From Gammaproteobacteria bacterium (GTDB lineage: Bacteria; Pseudomonadota; Gammaproteobacteria; Eutrophobiales; Eutrophobiaceae), in contig JAJFKL010000045.1 in assembly GCA_021773235.1 (NCBI GenBank), positions 12,150 through 76,149 of the forward strand: a stretch of DNA of 64,000 nt, written 5' to 3'. The notes beneath the pieces are model-generated. The model saw only the letters and a list, made by a program, of their open reading frames with translations, did no database searches and was not told the origin of the DNA. The position numbers and the translations under genes were made by a program. Positions 1 to 8,811 of this stretch are shown here, piece after piece. Every line of letters begins with the position of its first letter. Position 1 is the stretch's first letter.

Positions 1-66
1 GCCAGCATAAGATACTGCAGGCATACTAGCAATCAAGGCCAATAATATTATAGATTTAACTTTCAT
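1..66 (-). CDS. 5' end (signal peptide) of a secreted/periplasmic protein that continues off the left edge
   Basis: Reverse complement of 1..66 reads MKVKSIILLALIASMPAVSYAG. GGAGGAA Shine-Dalgarno at 75..81. Absent from the ORF track because it is truncated. Confidence 0.4.
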   Translation of the reverse strand, partial: MKVKSIILLALIASMPAVSYAG

Positions 67-96
67 CGTTTTACTTCCTCCACTTTATTAAACAAA

Positions 97-525
97 TTAA
101 TGTTGTAAAAACTTATGCAGTCTTGCATCTTTTGTACTGAAATGATTTACAAACCAGTCTTGCAATCGTTCTCCAAACTCATCTTTATCCAGTGACTCTC
201 TTTCTTCATATTCATCCATTATGTCTCTAATACTATCCAATAGTGCTTCATGATCTTCTTTGTGGTCTTCAAATTGATCATATTTCAATTGTCTCATTTC
301 TTTTTCTTCCAATGCAAAATGTGCTGATATTTGCATGAAAACTTCTCCAAGTGCGTCCAACACAGCCAAGGTGGAACCGTCCTTTTCCGCTTCATTATAT
401 AACTCATTAATTAACTCTATTAATTCCTGATGTTCAAAATCGACTTCTTTTATGCCGATTTTAAAATCATCTCGCCATTCTAATAATGCCATTCTATTAA
501 TCTCACTGAAAATAAAACCCGCCAA
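97..525 (-). CDS. Bacteriohemerythrin (hemerythrin-like metal-binding domain protein)
   Basis: 142 aa. WRDDFKIGIKEVDFEHQELI start and later His/Glu/Asp-containing helices are typical of hemerythrin-like domains. Overlaps the upstream gene by 23 nt (same operon). Confidence 0.85.
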   Translation of the reverse strand: MAGFIFSEINRMALLEWRDDFKIGIKEVDFEHQELIELINELYNEAEKDGSTLAVLDALGEVFMQISAHFALEEKEMRQLKYDQFEDHKEDHEALLDSIRDIMDEYEERESLDKDEFGERLQDWFVNHFSTKDARLHKFLQH

Positions 526-1006
526 GGTCTTTTCTAAAATCTATAACAAAAATTTCTTTAGGTTCAATATTGATTACCGTATCACTCTCATAATCGTAAC
601 CCTCTTCTCGTCCACTATCTCTTAATTTTACAATTAACTGGTGTTCACCTGGTTTGACCGAAATCCTTTCATAGATAGAAGCGGAACCATCTTTAGCTAG
701 ACCGGTAGGGTTGTACGACTTACTTAATAAATTTTCACCATCCAACATAACGTCAACATAAAGAGGTACTCTCTCCCTTGGACAATCCATAGGTCGTCGC
801 ATATTGGGGGCTAATGTATTTAATTCTTCCTGTGTAAACTTACGACATTCTTCTTTGCGTTCACTAGCATGGCTAAAACTAACCATAATCAACGCCATCT
901 CAGAATCGTGATAGGTATAGCTCGGCGAATTCGAGAAATACCCTAGCATTAAACCAAAGAGTATAAACGAAACAATCTGACCAAGCAGCTGACTAAACCT
1001 AAGCAT
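503..1006 (-). CDS. Membrane-anchored hypothetical protein
   Basis: 167 aa. One N-terminal TM helix (IVSFILFGLMLGYF) followed by a soluble domain with no motif I recognise. Overlaps both neighbours (translational coupling). Confidence 0.5.
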   Translation of the reverse strand: MLRFSQLLGQIVSFILFGLMLGYFSNSPSYTYHDSEMALIMVSFSHASERKEECRKFTQEELNTLAPNMRRPMDCPRERVPLYVDVMLDGENLLSKSYNPTGLAKDGSASIYERISVKPGEHQLIVKLRDSGREEGYDYESDTVINIEPKEIFVIDFRKDLGGFYFQ

Positions 1007-2573
1007 CGACTTTCTCGCTACTTTTGTTTATTTTATTCTGGTCTTCGAGCTGTGCGGAATCAAGTTTATTCAAACGCAGGCGAAAAGTTGTTAGCTCTTT
1101 AAAAAATTCTTTTCGCCGAGTCATGCCTGCCCAGTATTTACCGATTCGATCCTGGTTTACCCGTTTGCGTATACGGGGATCACGTTGCCCAGCTAGACGC
1201 GCATCAGTCCATTTTATCCCTAGGCGGTAACTGCAGTCACCTTCACGACATCCTGTAAGAAAGACCCCATCAGCCAGTTTTTTCGATAATACAAAATCAA
1301 TAAATGAAGGTGGCAACATACCAATACAAGGCATGGTGACCACACCTACACTTGTATCTGATACTTCCACAGGATTGAGACTGTTATCACAACCGTAAAC
1401 AATAACCCGATCAGTCCCGGTAAGATTACGCGATGCACTAATCGTTTTATTTCTCAATATTTTGATCTTATCCTCCGGTAATTCTATTCCCGGAGATAAT
1501 TCAGACTTCGTTCTAAAGGGTGTCGCCGTTGGACATGAGCCGACACAAATACCACAACTAACACAATGACTGGCATCAACAACAGCTTCCATTTTATAAG
1601 CACTACCATCGCTACGTGGTTCCATATCGATCGCACTAAAAGGGCAGTCCGCAGCACAACGACTACAACCATTGCAATTATCAAGGTGTACGACCGCGAC
1701 TTCAGCACGCTTACCCGGTGGCATCCATGGCACCATCATTAACAACAATGTCGCGCCGATAAGTGCTATCCAGACAGTTAAGCCGGAGACATTATTCATG
1801 ATGGGATAGATTGGCATATAAAACCAATCCAGATTGACTGTGGTGGGAACGATACTTAAATCAGCAGGCGCCTGACTCAACGCTGGTTTTATAAAAGAGA
1901 GTATCAATAGCATGCTAAGTGTCGCTATAGCGAGTTCCTTAGGTGGATTAACTTTGGGCGTAGCATGCCTTTGAATGTGTATCCACATAACAAATAACAA
2001 AATTAGCGGTATAGCAATATGCATGAACACCATCAGCGTGAAAAAACGCCCACTCAATTTGGCATCAGTAAGAAAATTACGCGCGATCGCTTCACCAAAT
2101 ATTGGAACCGCATCTAAAAATTCAGCCGTGGTAATAGCAATATATTGAGCAAGCTGATCCCAAACCATCCAGTAACCGGAAATACCCGCGGTAAATACTA
2201 ACCAGAGCATAGGTATTCCAGTAAACCAGGCAAACCAACGCGAACTTCGGAATCGATCCATGGCGAACTCACGCAACAAGTGCACCATCATCATCACAAC
2301 TAAAGCGTCTGATGCATAGCGATGCAAACTACGCATGATACCGCCGGCATACCATTGTTCATGCGTCAGGTATTCCAAGGACTTATACGCCTGGCTAACA
2401 CCCGTGTCGAAGAATATGTATAGGTAGAGTCCACTAACAACAACGATCCAGTAATAAAACCAACCCAATGCACCCAATTGATAAAAAGGATTCCATTTAG
2501 CGCCAAAAAGAGCATCGAACGAATCTTCAAGATGCTCAAAACATATTCTCAATAACTTCTTTAATACTTCCAC
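999..2573 (-). CDS. Fusion protein: di-haem cytochrome b N-terminal domain + 2x[4Fe-4S] ferredoxin + MvhD/FlpD-like iron-sulfur domain
   Basis: 524 aa. Four His in TM helices (SLHRYASD, MMVHLL, FMHIAIP, MWIHIQRH). Two ferredoxin motifs: CNGCSRCAADCP and CVSCGICVGSCP. C-terminal YGCDNS...PCIGMLPP...GCREGDCSY is typical of the hydrogenase iron-sulfur subunit (MvhD-type) domain. Confidence 0.8.
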   Translation of the reverse strand: MEVLKKLLRICFEHLEDSFDALFGAKWNPFYQLGALGWFYYWIVVVSGLYLYIFFDTGVSQAYKSLEYLTHEQWYAGGIMRSLHRYASDALVVMMMVHLLREFAMDRFRSSRWFAWFTGIPMLWLVFTAGISGYWMVWDQLAQYIAITTAEFLDAVPIFGEAIARNFLTDAKLSGRFFTLMVFMHIAIPLILLFVMWIHIQRHATPKVNPPKELAIATLSMLLILSFIKPALSQAPADLSIVPTTVNLDWFYMPIYPIMNNVSGLTVWIALIGATLLLMMVPWMPPGKRAEVAVVHLDNCNGCSRCAADCPFSAIDMEPRSDGSAYKMEAVVDASHCVSCGICVGSCPTATPFRTKSELSPGIELPEDKIKILRNKTISASRNLTGTDRVIVYGCDNSLNPVEVSDTSVGVVTMPCIGMLPPSFIDFVLSKKLADGVFLTGCREGDCSYRLGIKWTDARLAGQRDPRIRKRVNQDRIGKYWAGMTRRKEFFKELTTFRLRLNKLDSAQLEDQNKINKSSEKVDA

Positions 2574-2576
2574 GTT

Positions 2577-3494
2577 TTACGATGTCCCTGTGATTTTATT
2601 ATTCTGTCGCCATGCTCGCACAATAAATACTGCTATAGCACCTAGAATGAGAATACCCATAGCTATTCCAATAAATATTGAATAATCAAATTCATAACGG
2701 CCACTATGTGGATCATAAATTGTACAAAACAAACGAATATTATTTATCCAACCTTCCACCAGTGTCGATTCAGTGCGGTTACCGAATAGTAATTCTTTTA
2801 ACGGCTCAATCAGTTGTGGAGGTTCATATTTTACACCATAAATTTGCCGATAAACTTTTCCATCCGCATCAAGTAATGTTACCTGTGAAAGATGGTCAAA
2901 ACCTCTGGGTGATTTAAAAAAGATAAATCCCATATCATTACTAAAAGCTTTAATAGTCTCTTTATCAGTACTCAGAAAATCCCAGCCTGAAAAGCTAATA
3001 TTACGCTCACGTGCAAACAAACGCATGCGTTCTGGACTGTCTGCTTCTGTATCAAATCCGATAGTGACAACCGAGAAACTTTCATCGCCTAATGCATCTC
3101 GAGCAACCTCAATGACGTCAGCAAGAGAGTTGGTCAACGTTGGACAGATATGATGACAACTTGTAAAGATCATACTTACAATCAGGGGTTTTCCTCGATA
3201 TTGGGTAATATCGACAGGTTTTTTATCCTGATTAATAAAATTATAACTTTCTATTGTTCTATTTATTGCAGACTGACTAAATTCAAAGGCTTTATCTTTG
3301 TCGTATTGTTTTGCAAGCTGATGACCATCAGTGACCGAATAAGCATTGAGAGAAAAAAGATACAGGAAAACAAAACCAATCTTTTTTAGGGGGTTAATCT
3401 GGTTTGGTTTTTTATAATTTACGCATAGTACTTTAATTAAATAGAGCGACACATGATTCCCACATAATTTAAATAACCAACACATCCAGAACAC
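2577..3494 (-). CDS. senC: SCO1/SenC family copper chaperone with an extra C-terminal TM helix
   Basis: 305 aa. Thioredoxin-fold copper site FTSCHHICPT. Hydrophobic N-terminal anchor and C-terminal TM (IFIGIAMGILILGAIAVFIV). Start uncertain (M1 or M4); overlaps the ctaB end. Confidence 0.8.
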   Translation of the reverse strand: MFWMCWLFKLCGNHVSLYLIKVLCVNYKKPNQINPLKKIGFVFLYLFSLNAYSVTDGHQLAKQYDKDKAFEFSQSAINRTIESYNFINQDKKPVDITQYRGKPLIVSMIFTSCHHICPTLTNSLADVIEVARDALGDESFSVVTIGFDTEADSPERMRLFARERNISFSGWDFLSTDKETIKAFSNDMGFIFFKSPRGFDHLSQVTLLDADGKVYRQIYGVKYEPPQLIEPLKELLFGNRTESTLVEGWINNIRLFCTIYDPHSGRYEFDYSIFIGIAMGILILGAIAVFIVRAWRQNNKITGTS

Positions 3495-4335
3495 ATGCGC
3501 AGAGTAACAACGTCAGCTGTATTAATGAGGCATGGAAATTTTTTCGTGCAATCTCTATTGTTGGTTGACGTACCAAATCAAAACTAGTCTTTAAAAAATA
3601 TAAGCCGCCACTAAGTGCACCCAATAAATATAACCAACCTAGGCCATAAAAATAAGGGAGTATTGAAACCAGTACTAATGCCAACGTATGAGCAAATATA
3701 ATTTTTGCTGCTACCGGCTTTTCAAACACTGCCGGCAACATAGGCACACCAGCTTGCTTGTAATCATTGGCAAATACAAATGCCAGGCTCCAGAAATGAG
3801 GAGGCGTCCAGAGAAACAAGACTATCGCCAATAATATTGGCGCTGGAGATAAGGAAGGGTCAACTACTGCCGCACCACCGAGCACAGCAAAACTACCCGA
3901 TAATCCACCAATGACAATATTTAGCCAAGTTCGTTGTTTTAGCCAAACGGTATAAACAACACCATAGGTGAATGCACCTAGAAAAACATAGAGTGCCGCG
4001 ACTGAGTTGATTGCTATTGAAGTTCCCACCACAGAGATTAGCAACATCAACCCAATAACAGTTAACCAGTATTTATCCGCCTGAAAACGACCTGTTACAA
4101 ACGGTCGATTTCGTGTGCGCTTCATGGTTGCATCTAAATCACGTTCAACAAATTGATTAAATGCACCAGCACTGGCTGATGACATCAGTATGGCTAAACA
4201 AAACAGAAATATCTTCCACGTTTCCGGCAACGGCCCCGGCGTAATTGCGAGACCTGCAAGCCCGGTTATCATTATCGCAAAACCGATCCTGAGCTTACAG
4301 ACTGATACTAACTCTCTAATAACACCGGGCATCAT
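3469..4335 (-). CDS. ctaB: Protohaem IX farnesyltransferase (haem O synthase)
   Basis: 288 aa polytopic protein with the UbiA-family motif NQFVERDLDATMKRTRNRPFVTGR. Confidence 0.9.
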   Translation of the reverse strand: MMPGVIRELVSVCKLRIGFAIMITGLAGLAITPGPLPETWKIFLFCLAILMSSASAGAFNQFVERDLDATMKRTRNRPFVTGRFQADKYWLTVIGLMLLISVVGTSIAINSVAALYVFLGAFTYGVVYTVWLKQRTWLNIVIGGLSGSFAVLGGAAVVDPSLSPAPILLAIVLFLWTPPHFWSLAFVFANDYKQAGVPMLPAVFEKPVAAKIIFAHTLALVLVSILPYFYGLGWLYLLGALSGGLYFLKTSFDLVRQPTIEIARKNFHASLIQLTLLLCACVLDVLVI

Positions 4336-4351
4336 TATGAATGCTCCTGAC

Positions 4352-6046
4352 TTAACGCAGTGGCCAGACTTCTGCTAAGTATTTCCAGTTAACAAAGTAG
4401 TAAAGTACAAAACTCGTAAAAAAGACAACAACCAAAACAATCGTGCCCGGAATCGCAGGATGTTCTTCGTCACCATGCTCGGCAACAACTGCTGCATTTT
4501 CATCGGTAGGTACAGCCGTAGGTGCTTCAGTACTATCAACCTTCTTACCAAAGAATATCGAACCCACTGCAACAGCGATAAACATAGCACCGCCCACCCC
4601 AGCTAAAATTGCACTCATACCATTCAAGCCCATCATCAGATTGGCTGCACCTGGAAAATCATAAGGAAGCACCGCATCAGCCTGAGAAATATCCCAATGG
4701 CGTCTTGGCACACCCAGAGTTCCTGCGCCCATCATGAACACAGAGATACCAGCAACACCCAGTCCGAAGACGTAGGGCTGAAGCTTTGCCATTCCAGGAA
4801 ACATTATCTCTTTTTGAAAAATAAGCGGAATTAATAAATAGGTCACAGCCATAAATGCCAGTGTGGTCCCTGCTACAACGGTCGCATGAAAATGTCCTGG
4901 CACATATATAGTGTTATGAATTATCAGGTTGATTTGCTCAACCCCCATAACAACACCCGATATGCCACCAAGAAAGCCAAACAGTATCAAGGAAACAAAC
5001 ATCCCTGAGAAAGCGGGATTTCCCCATGGGCATTTACGTAGCCATTCAAACAGTCCATTGGTATAGCCTTTACTACGTTGTGCTGCTTCGATCTGTCCTG
5101 GCACAGTCATACCATGAACCATACTTCCGAGTACCGCCAAATAGATGGCATAACTGGTATTAAAGATTTTCCACTCAGAGCTGATACCTGGATCAACTAG
5201 TAAATGATGCGCACTGGCAAGTTGTAGAAACAGTACATAGAGGAGGAAAGCACCGCGACTAACTTTTTCAGACAAGGGTTTTGCACCCAATACCACTGCC
5301 GATATTAAATACCAGATAGAGATATGCGCCGCAACATTGATCTGTTGTGATGAATGTCCAAATGCCCACCATATAGTCCGATACATTAAAGTATCAATAT
5401 GGCTAACATAGCCGATAGACCACAGAAAAGTTGGTATTAGTATGATTGCACCTGATGCAATCGTAAACACAGCAATAATGGCTGCCACCGTTGCACCAAA
5501 GGTTACCAGGGGCACCGAACCTTCATACGTTTTTTCCTGTTTCGCTATTACCAACGTGCCGAAGAAAACAAAGCAACCGATCAAGGCACCCACGGCGAAA
5601 AGTATGACACCTGCGTAAAACGAAGGATCTGCTTTTAATGGCACATAGGATGTAAACATGACACTTGAACCACCCTGTAATACGGCAATATTAGTGACAA
5701 TTGCACCAATCAACATCAAGGCAAAACCAGCCCACGCCCATTTTGGTGTTGCCAGTCGACTCCCTAAAAGTACCGACGAGGCAAAATATAAGACCGCCAT
5801 TTCAAAGAAAATGATCCATACCACCAAGAGATTTATGCCATGTGCGGTAAGCGCAAGATAAAACCAATCTGCAGGTAACAAGTGGACAGCCTTCCAACGC
5901 GTTAATGCCACCATTATCCCAAAGAGTCCACCGACAAGCAGGAAGACTACCGCTACCACGGCGTTTGCCTTAATCAGATTTTCAGCTGATTTATAAACAC
6001 GTAACCCTGTCGTTTGGCATGTTCTGTACTGTTCATTAATTGCCAT
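4352..6046 (-). CDS. Haem-copper oxidase superfamily subunit I, B-family-like, lacking the cross-link tyrosine (candidate NO reductase subunit)
   Basis: 564 aa, about 13 TM. His ligands at TAHGINL (H69), WWAFGHSSQQ (H231), SAHHLL (H280/281) and PGHFHATV (H385/387). Gln sits at H231+4 where HPxVY enzymes have Tyr. Confidence 0.9.
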   Translation of the reverse strand: MAINEQYRTCQTTGLRVYKSAENLIKANAVVAVVFLLVGGLFGIMVALTRWKAVHLLPADWFYLALTAHGINLLVVWIIFFEMAVLYFASSVLLGSRLATPKWAWAGFALMLIGAIVTNIAVLQGGSSVMFTSYVPLKADPSFYAGVILFAVGALIGCFVFFGTLVIAKQEKTYEGSVPLVTFGATVAAIIAVFTIASGAIILIPTFLWSIGYVSHIDTLMYRTIWWAFGHSSQQINVAAHISIWYLISAVVLGAKPLSEKVSRGAFLLYVLFLQLASAHHLLVDPGISSEWKIFNTSYAIYLAVLGSMVHGMTVPGQIEAAQRSKGYTNGLFEWLRKCPWGNPAFSGMFVSLILFGFLGGISGVVMGVEQINLIIHNTIYVPGHFHATVVAGTTLAFMAVTYLLIPLIFQKEIMFPGMAKLQPYVFGLGVAGISVFMMGAGTLGVPRRHWDISQADAVLPYDFPGAANLMMGLNGMSAILAGVGGAMFIAVAVGSIFFGKKVDSTEAPTAVPTDENAAVVAEHGDEEHPAIPGTIVLVVVFFTSFVLYYFVNWKYLAEVWPLR

Positions 6047-6049
6047 TGT

Positions 6050-6595
6050 TTATATCCCCTCGTTATCGACGACATATATCCTGCCGAGCATTGTGTGATG
6101 TCCAATACCACAATATTCATTACAGACGACTCCAAATTCCCCTGTCGTCGTAGGTGTAACTGTGAGCACCATTTCGTAATCAGGATGTATTTGTAAGTTA
6201 ATATTTATCGGCTGCAAAGAAAAACCGTGCATCCAGTCCAAAGAAGATAAGTGAAGTCGATATGACTGACCTTTTTCCAATTCCAGGATTGGCCACCACT
6301 GCCAGAGTCTGGCAATCATATAGACATCTGAACCAGGAGGCGGACGGACAACCGGATAACCGGATTCTTCACGGACTGTATATTTATCCGTCATTGCTTC
6401 AGTTTTTTCAGTGAACTGTTCTGCTGTGATTTTATATGCTTCGTTAGATAAGTTTTGTTCACCATAAGCGTGCCAGTAGATCATCATGAAAAACATAATC
6501 AATCCCCAGACGAAAGCGACGATGACCCAGATAAGCTCGGATTTTGGGACAGAATCATTCCACCAGATCCTGCTTTTTGGAGGGGTAACTGACAT
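6050..6595 (-). CDS. Haem-copper oxidase subunit II with CuA centre
   Basis: 181 aa. N-terminal TM hairpin, cupredoxin domain with HGFSL and the CuA motif CNEYCGIGHHTM. A 3-nt gap separates it from subunit I. Confidence 0.85.
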   Translation of the reverse strand: MSVTPPKSRIWWNDSVPKSELIWVIVAFVWGLIMFFMMIYWHAYGEQNLSNEAYKITAEQFTEKTEAMTDKYTVREESGYPVVRPPPGSDVYMIARLWQWWPILELEKGQSYRLHLSSLDWMHGFSLQPININLQIHPDYEMVLTVTPTTTGEFGVVCNEYCGIGHHTMLGRIYVVDNEGI

Positions 6596-6615
6596 AGTGT
6601 TGTCTCCTTAAATTA

Positions 6616-6792
6616 TTATTTTGCTACAGGGATGGTAATGATTTCCATAATGCCCCAGATAACATAAAAGACAGTTGGAATAGTGACGCCGAGAAAGAGC
6701 AATAGAAAAGGATTATCTATTATCTGTTGCATGACTGGTATTCGTTCAGATTCTGTGTCGCTATCGCTAGACACGCCATTTTCTTCAGACAT
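6616..6792 (-). CDS. Small single-TM protein, first gene of the oxidase operon (possible extra subunit)
   Basis: The track ORF 6616..6843 is trimmed here to the internal ATG at 6792, which has a GGGGG Shine-Dalgarno 4 nt upstream. Acidic N-terminus, then TM FLLLFLGVTIPTVFYVIWGIMEI. Confidence 0.45.
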   Translation of the reverse strand: MSEENGVSSDSDTESERIPVMQQIIDNPFLLLFLGVTIPTVFYVIWGIMEIITIPVAK

Positions 6793-6913
6793 ATCGCCCC
6801 CTAATATATTAAAAGATCGTAGATATACTCTACTTTCATACATTTAATTTGAGTGCGACAATTTGTCCACTCAATTATAGAGAGCCAATCTATGCTGTAT
6901 TTAATCTATATGT

Positions 6914-6927
6914 CTTGACCTAGATCA
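6914..6927 (-). promoter_or_regulatory. FNR/Dnr-type box (TTGAC-CTAG-ATCAA, 9/10) upstream of the oxidase operon
   Basis: Read directly from the sequence. A TAGATT -10-like hexamer lies about 31 bp downstream on the minus strand, which is class II spacing. Confidence 0.55.
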
Positions 6928-6972
6928 AGAAGAATGGTGGAATAATACAACGAACTTATATTTCTAATATAT

Positions 6973-7155
6973 TCAACCACTTAGGGCGCGTATTACAGTA
7001 AAGGAACTCACGGCAAGTATCAAAATAATTACAAAAAAGACTAGACTGCGATACTCAAATTTTCGGCCCGAGGCTTTTTCAATCTGCACCAGTATCCAGT
7101 CTGAACCGAGATAAAGGATAATTCCGGCTAAGGTGTATGCCACTATTTCAGTCAT
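6973..7155 (-). CDS. Small two-TM membrane protein (hypothetical)
   Basis: 60 aa with two hydrophobic helices. AGGAT-like ribosome-binding site upstream. No recognisable motif. Confidence 0.35.
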   Translation of the reverse strand: MTEIVAYTLAGIILYLGSDWILVQIEKASGRKFEYRSLVFFVIILILAVSSFTVIRALSG

Positions 7156-7288
7156 TTGATTTTATCCTGATTCATTGTTTCATAAGGTCATGGTAATAAT
7201 GAATTTGCATTACTCTGTAATTTATTATTTACTCAATTCATAATTTAAAACAACCACTCATTTTAAAATTGTAACGCCTTAATAAACT

Positions 7289-8272
7289 TTGCTTGTATCA
7301 ATCATGCAATTCCTTAAAAGCAATCACTATCCAAAGAAATGTTTTTTTCTTTTGAATTGTAGCGCCTTAATCATGTCGTTACTGATTGTATTTTTAAGCA
7401 CACACATCAGGCTCGGAGAAGCGGGCTTGGGTTGCTCCCCATGGCCTGATTGTTATGCACAGCTCTCTTTTGCTGATGGTCCCAAAGGACTTCAAATACC
7501 GGACTCCGAATTTAAAATATTTCGGTCTATGCATCGCAGCATAGCAAGTATATTGGGTCTTAATATTTTAGTTATCATGTTAATAGCACTTTGGTTTCGC
7601 AAAACAACATCACCGTTATTACCAATATTGATGTTTCTAGTTGTTCTTTTTCTTTCAATATTAGGAATTGCGACACCGACAAGAAGTTTACCCCTTGTTA
7701 CATTGGGAAATATTCTAGGCGGTATAGTTTTGTCAGGTCTTGTATGGAGACAAATCCTGTCGACTAAAGACAGACCGAAAAAATCCGCACCCTTTATTTT
7801 GTTTCTAGTATCTATAACACTGACAGTGCAACTGATCAGTGGTGCCTGGGCAAGTGCAAATTACACGGGATCTGCCTGCCCGAAATTATTATCATGCACC
7901 TATACGAATGACATAACAGGCAACCTGCTCGATAGCTTAAATGTATTACGCAAACTAACACTGGATAGTGATTGCCATCTGATACTGAATGAAACATCCA
8001 GCATTATTCAATTTAACCATAGGCTCATCGCCGTAATATTATTAATAATAATTGTTGTAGCCTTATGGAAAGTAAGACGTGAATACCCCTCTTTACTCAA
8101 ACCATTAATGATTGTCAGTGTTGTTTTCTTTGCTGAGTTTATTCTCGGGGTCGTTAATGTATTAACTGAAATGCCGTTATGGACAAACACACTGCATAAT
8201 TTATTAGCAGTGGGATTATTATTTGCTACGATTAATTTAACGATGCTAATTCATCGCAATAGTGGCCATTAA
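7289..8272 (+). CDS. ctaA: Haem A synthase (COX15/CtaA family)
   Basis: 327 aa, about 8 TM. Cys pair GLGCSPWPDC, a second pair CPKLLSC, and conserved His in SMHRS, FNHRL and LHNLL. Start uncertain (TTG at 7289 or ATG at 7304). Confidence 0.75.
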   Translation: MLVSIMQFLKSNHYPKKCFFLLNCSALIMSLLIVFLSTHIRLGEAGLGCSPWPDCYAQLSFADGPKGLQIPDSEFKIFRSMHRSIASILGLNILVIMLIALWFRKTTSPLLPILMFLVVLFLSILGIATPTRSLPLVTLGNILGGIVLSGLVWRQILSTKDRPKKSAPFILFLVSITLTVQLISGAWASANYTGSACPKLLSCTYTNDITGNLLDSLNVLRKLTLDSDCHLILNETSSIIQFNHRLIAVILLIIIVVALWKVRREYPSLLKPLMIVSVVFFAEFILGVVNVLTEMPLWTNTLHNLLAVGLLFATINLTMLIHRNSGH

Positions 8273-8296
8273 CACTAGATATAACGGGATCATCTA

Positions 8297-8725
8297 ATGA
8301 GTATTGTTTGGAATAATAGAAAAAACTGGGTAAAAAGTGCACACAATACAAAATGGTGCCTGATTGGTTGTTCTATTGGAGATTTTGGTACGATTGCTTA
8401 TTTTCAGTTCAGCGAGCATAGCTTAACAACTATTACCGTTATGCTATTAGCTATGTTAAATGGCCTGTTAACAAGCATCTTACTTGAGACTATTATTTTG
8501 TATCGTTCGAGCTTCAGTTTACGAGATGCATTTATGACTGCTATTGGTATGAGTTTTATCTCCATGTTGGCAATGGAGACCGCAATGAATCTAACAGACT
8601 ATATGTTGACTGGTGGGGCGATATTGACTTGGTGGGTAATCCCCATTGCACTGTTTGTCGGTTTTATAACACCTTGGCCTTATAATTATTGGCGCTTACA
8701 AAGACATGGAAAATCTTGCCATTAA
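8297..8725 (+). CDS. Small 4-TM membrane protein, possibly DUF4396-like
   Basis: 142 aa. WCLIGCSIGDFG motif in the first TM. The family assignment is from memory only. Confidence 0.45.
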   Translation: MSIVWNNRKNWVKSAHNTKWCLIGCSIGDFGTIAYFQFSEHSLTTITVMLLAMLNGLLTSILLETIILYRSSFSLRDAFMTAIGMSFISMLAMETAMNLTDYMLTGGAILTWWVIPIALFVGFITPWPYNYWRLQRHGKSCH

Positions 8726-8811
8726 TAATCAACCGTAAAATTATTTAATCAATCTGATTTAAGTCTGGAAGCGAAACAAACATATCAAATCGATATAAAC
8801 TCTATAACTTA

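Noticed and set aside
1484-1708. 74-aa same-strand ORF nested in another frame inside the cyt b-FeS fusion gene. Similar nested ORFs lie at 4375..4590, 8837..9046, 14075..14263 and 15629..15898.
   Set aside because: They are alternative-frame ORFs inside well-supported genes, with no independent signals.
7268-7371. Direct repeat ATTGTA(A/G)CGCCTTAAT at 7268..7283 and 7356..7371, near the ctaA start.
   Set aside because: The second copy falls inside the likely first TM helix of CtaA. With only 16 nt and one mismatch in AT-rich DNA, it is probably chance.
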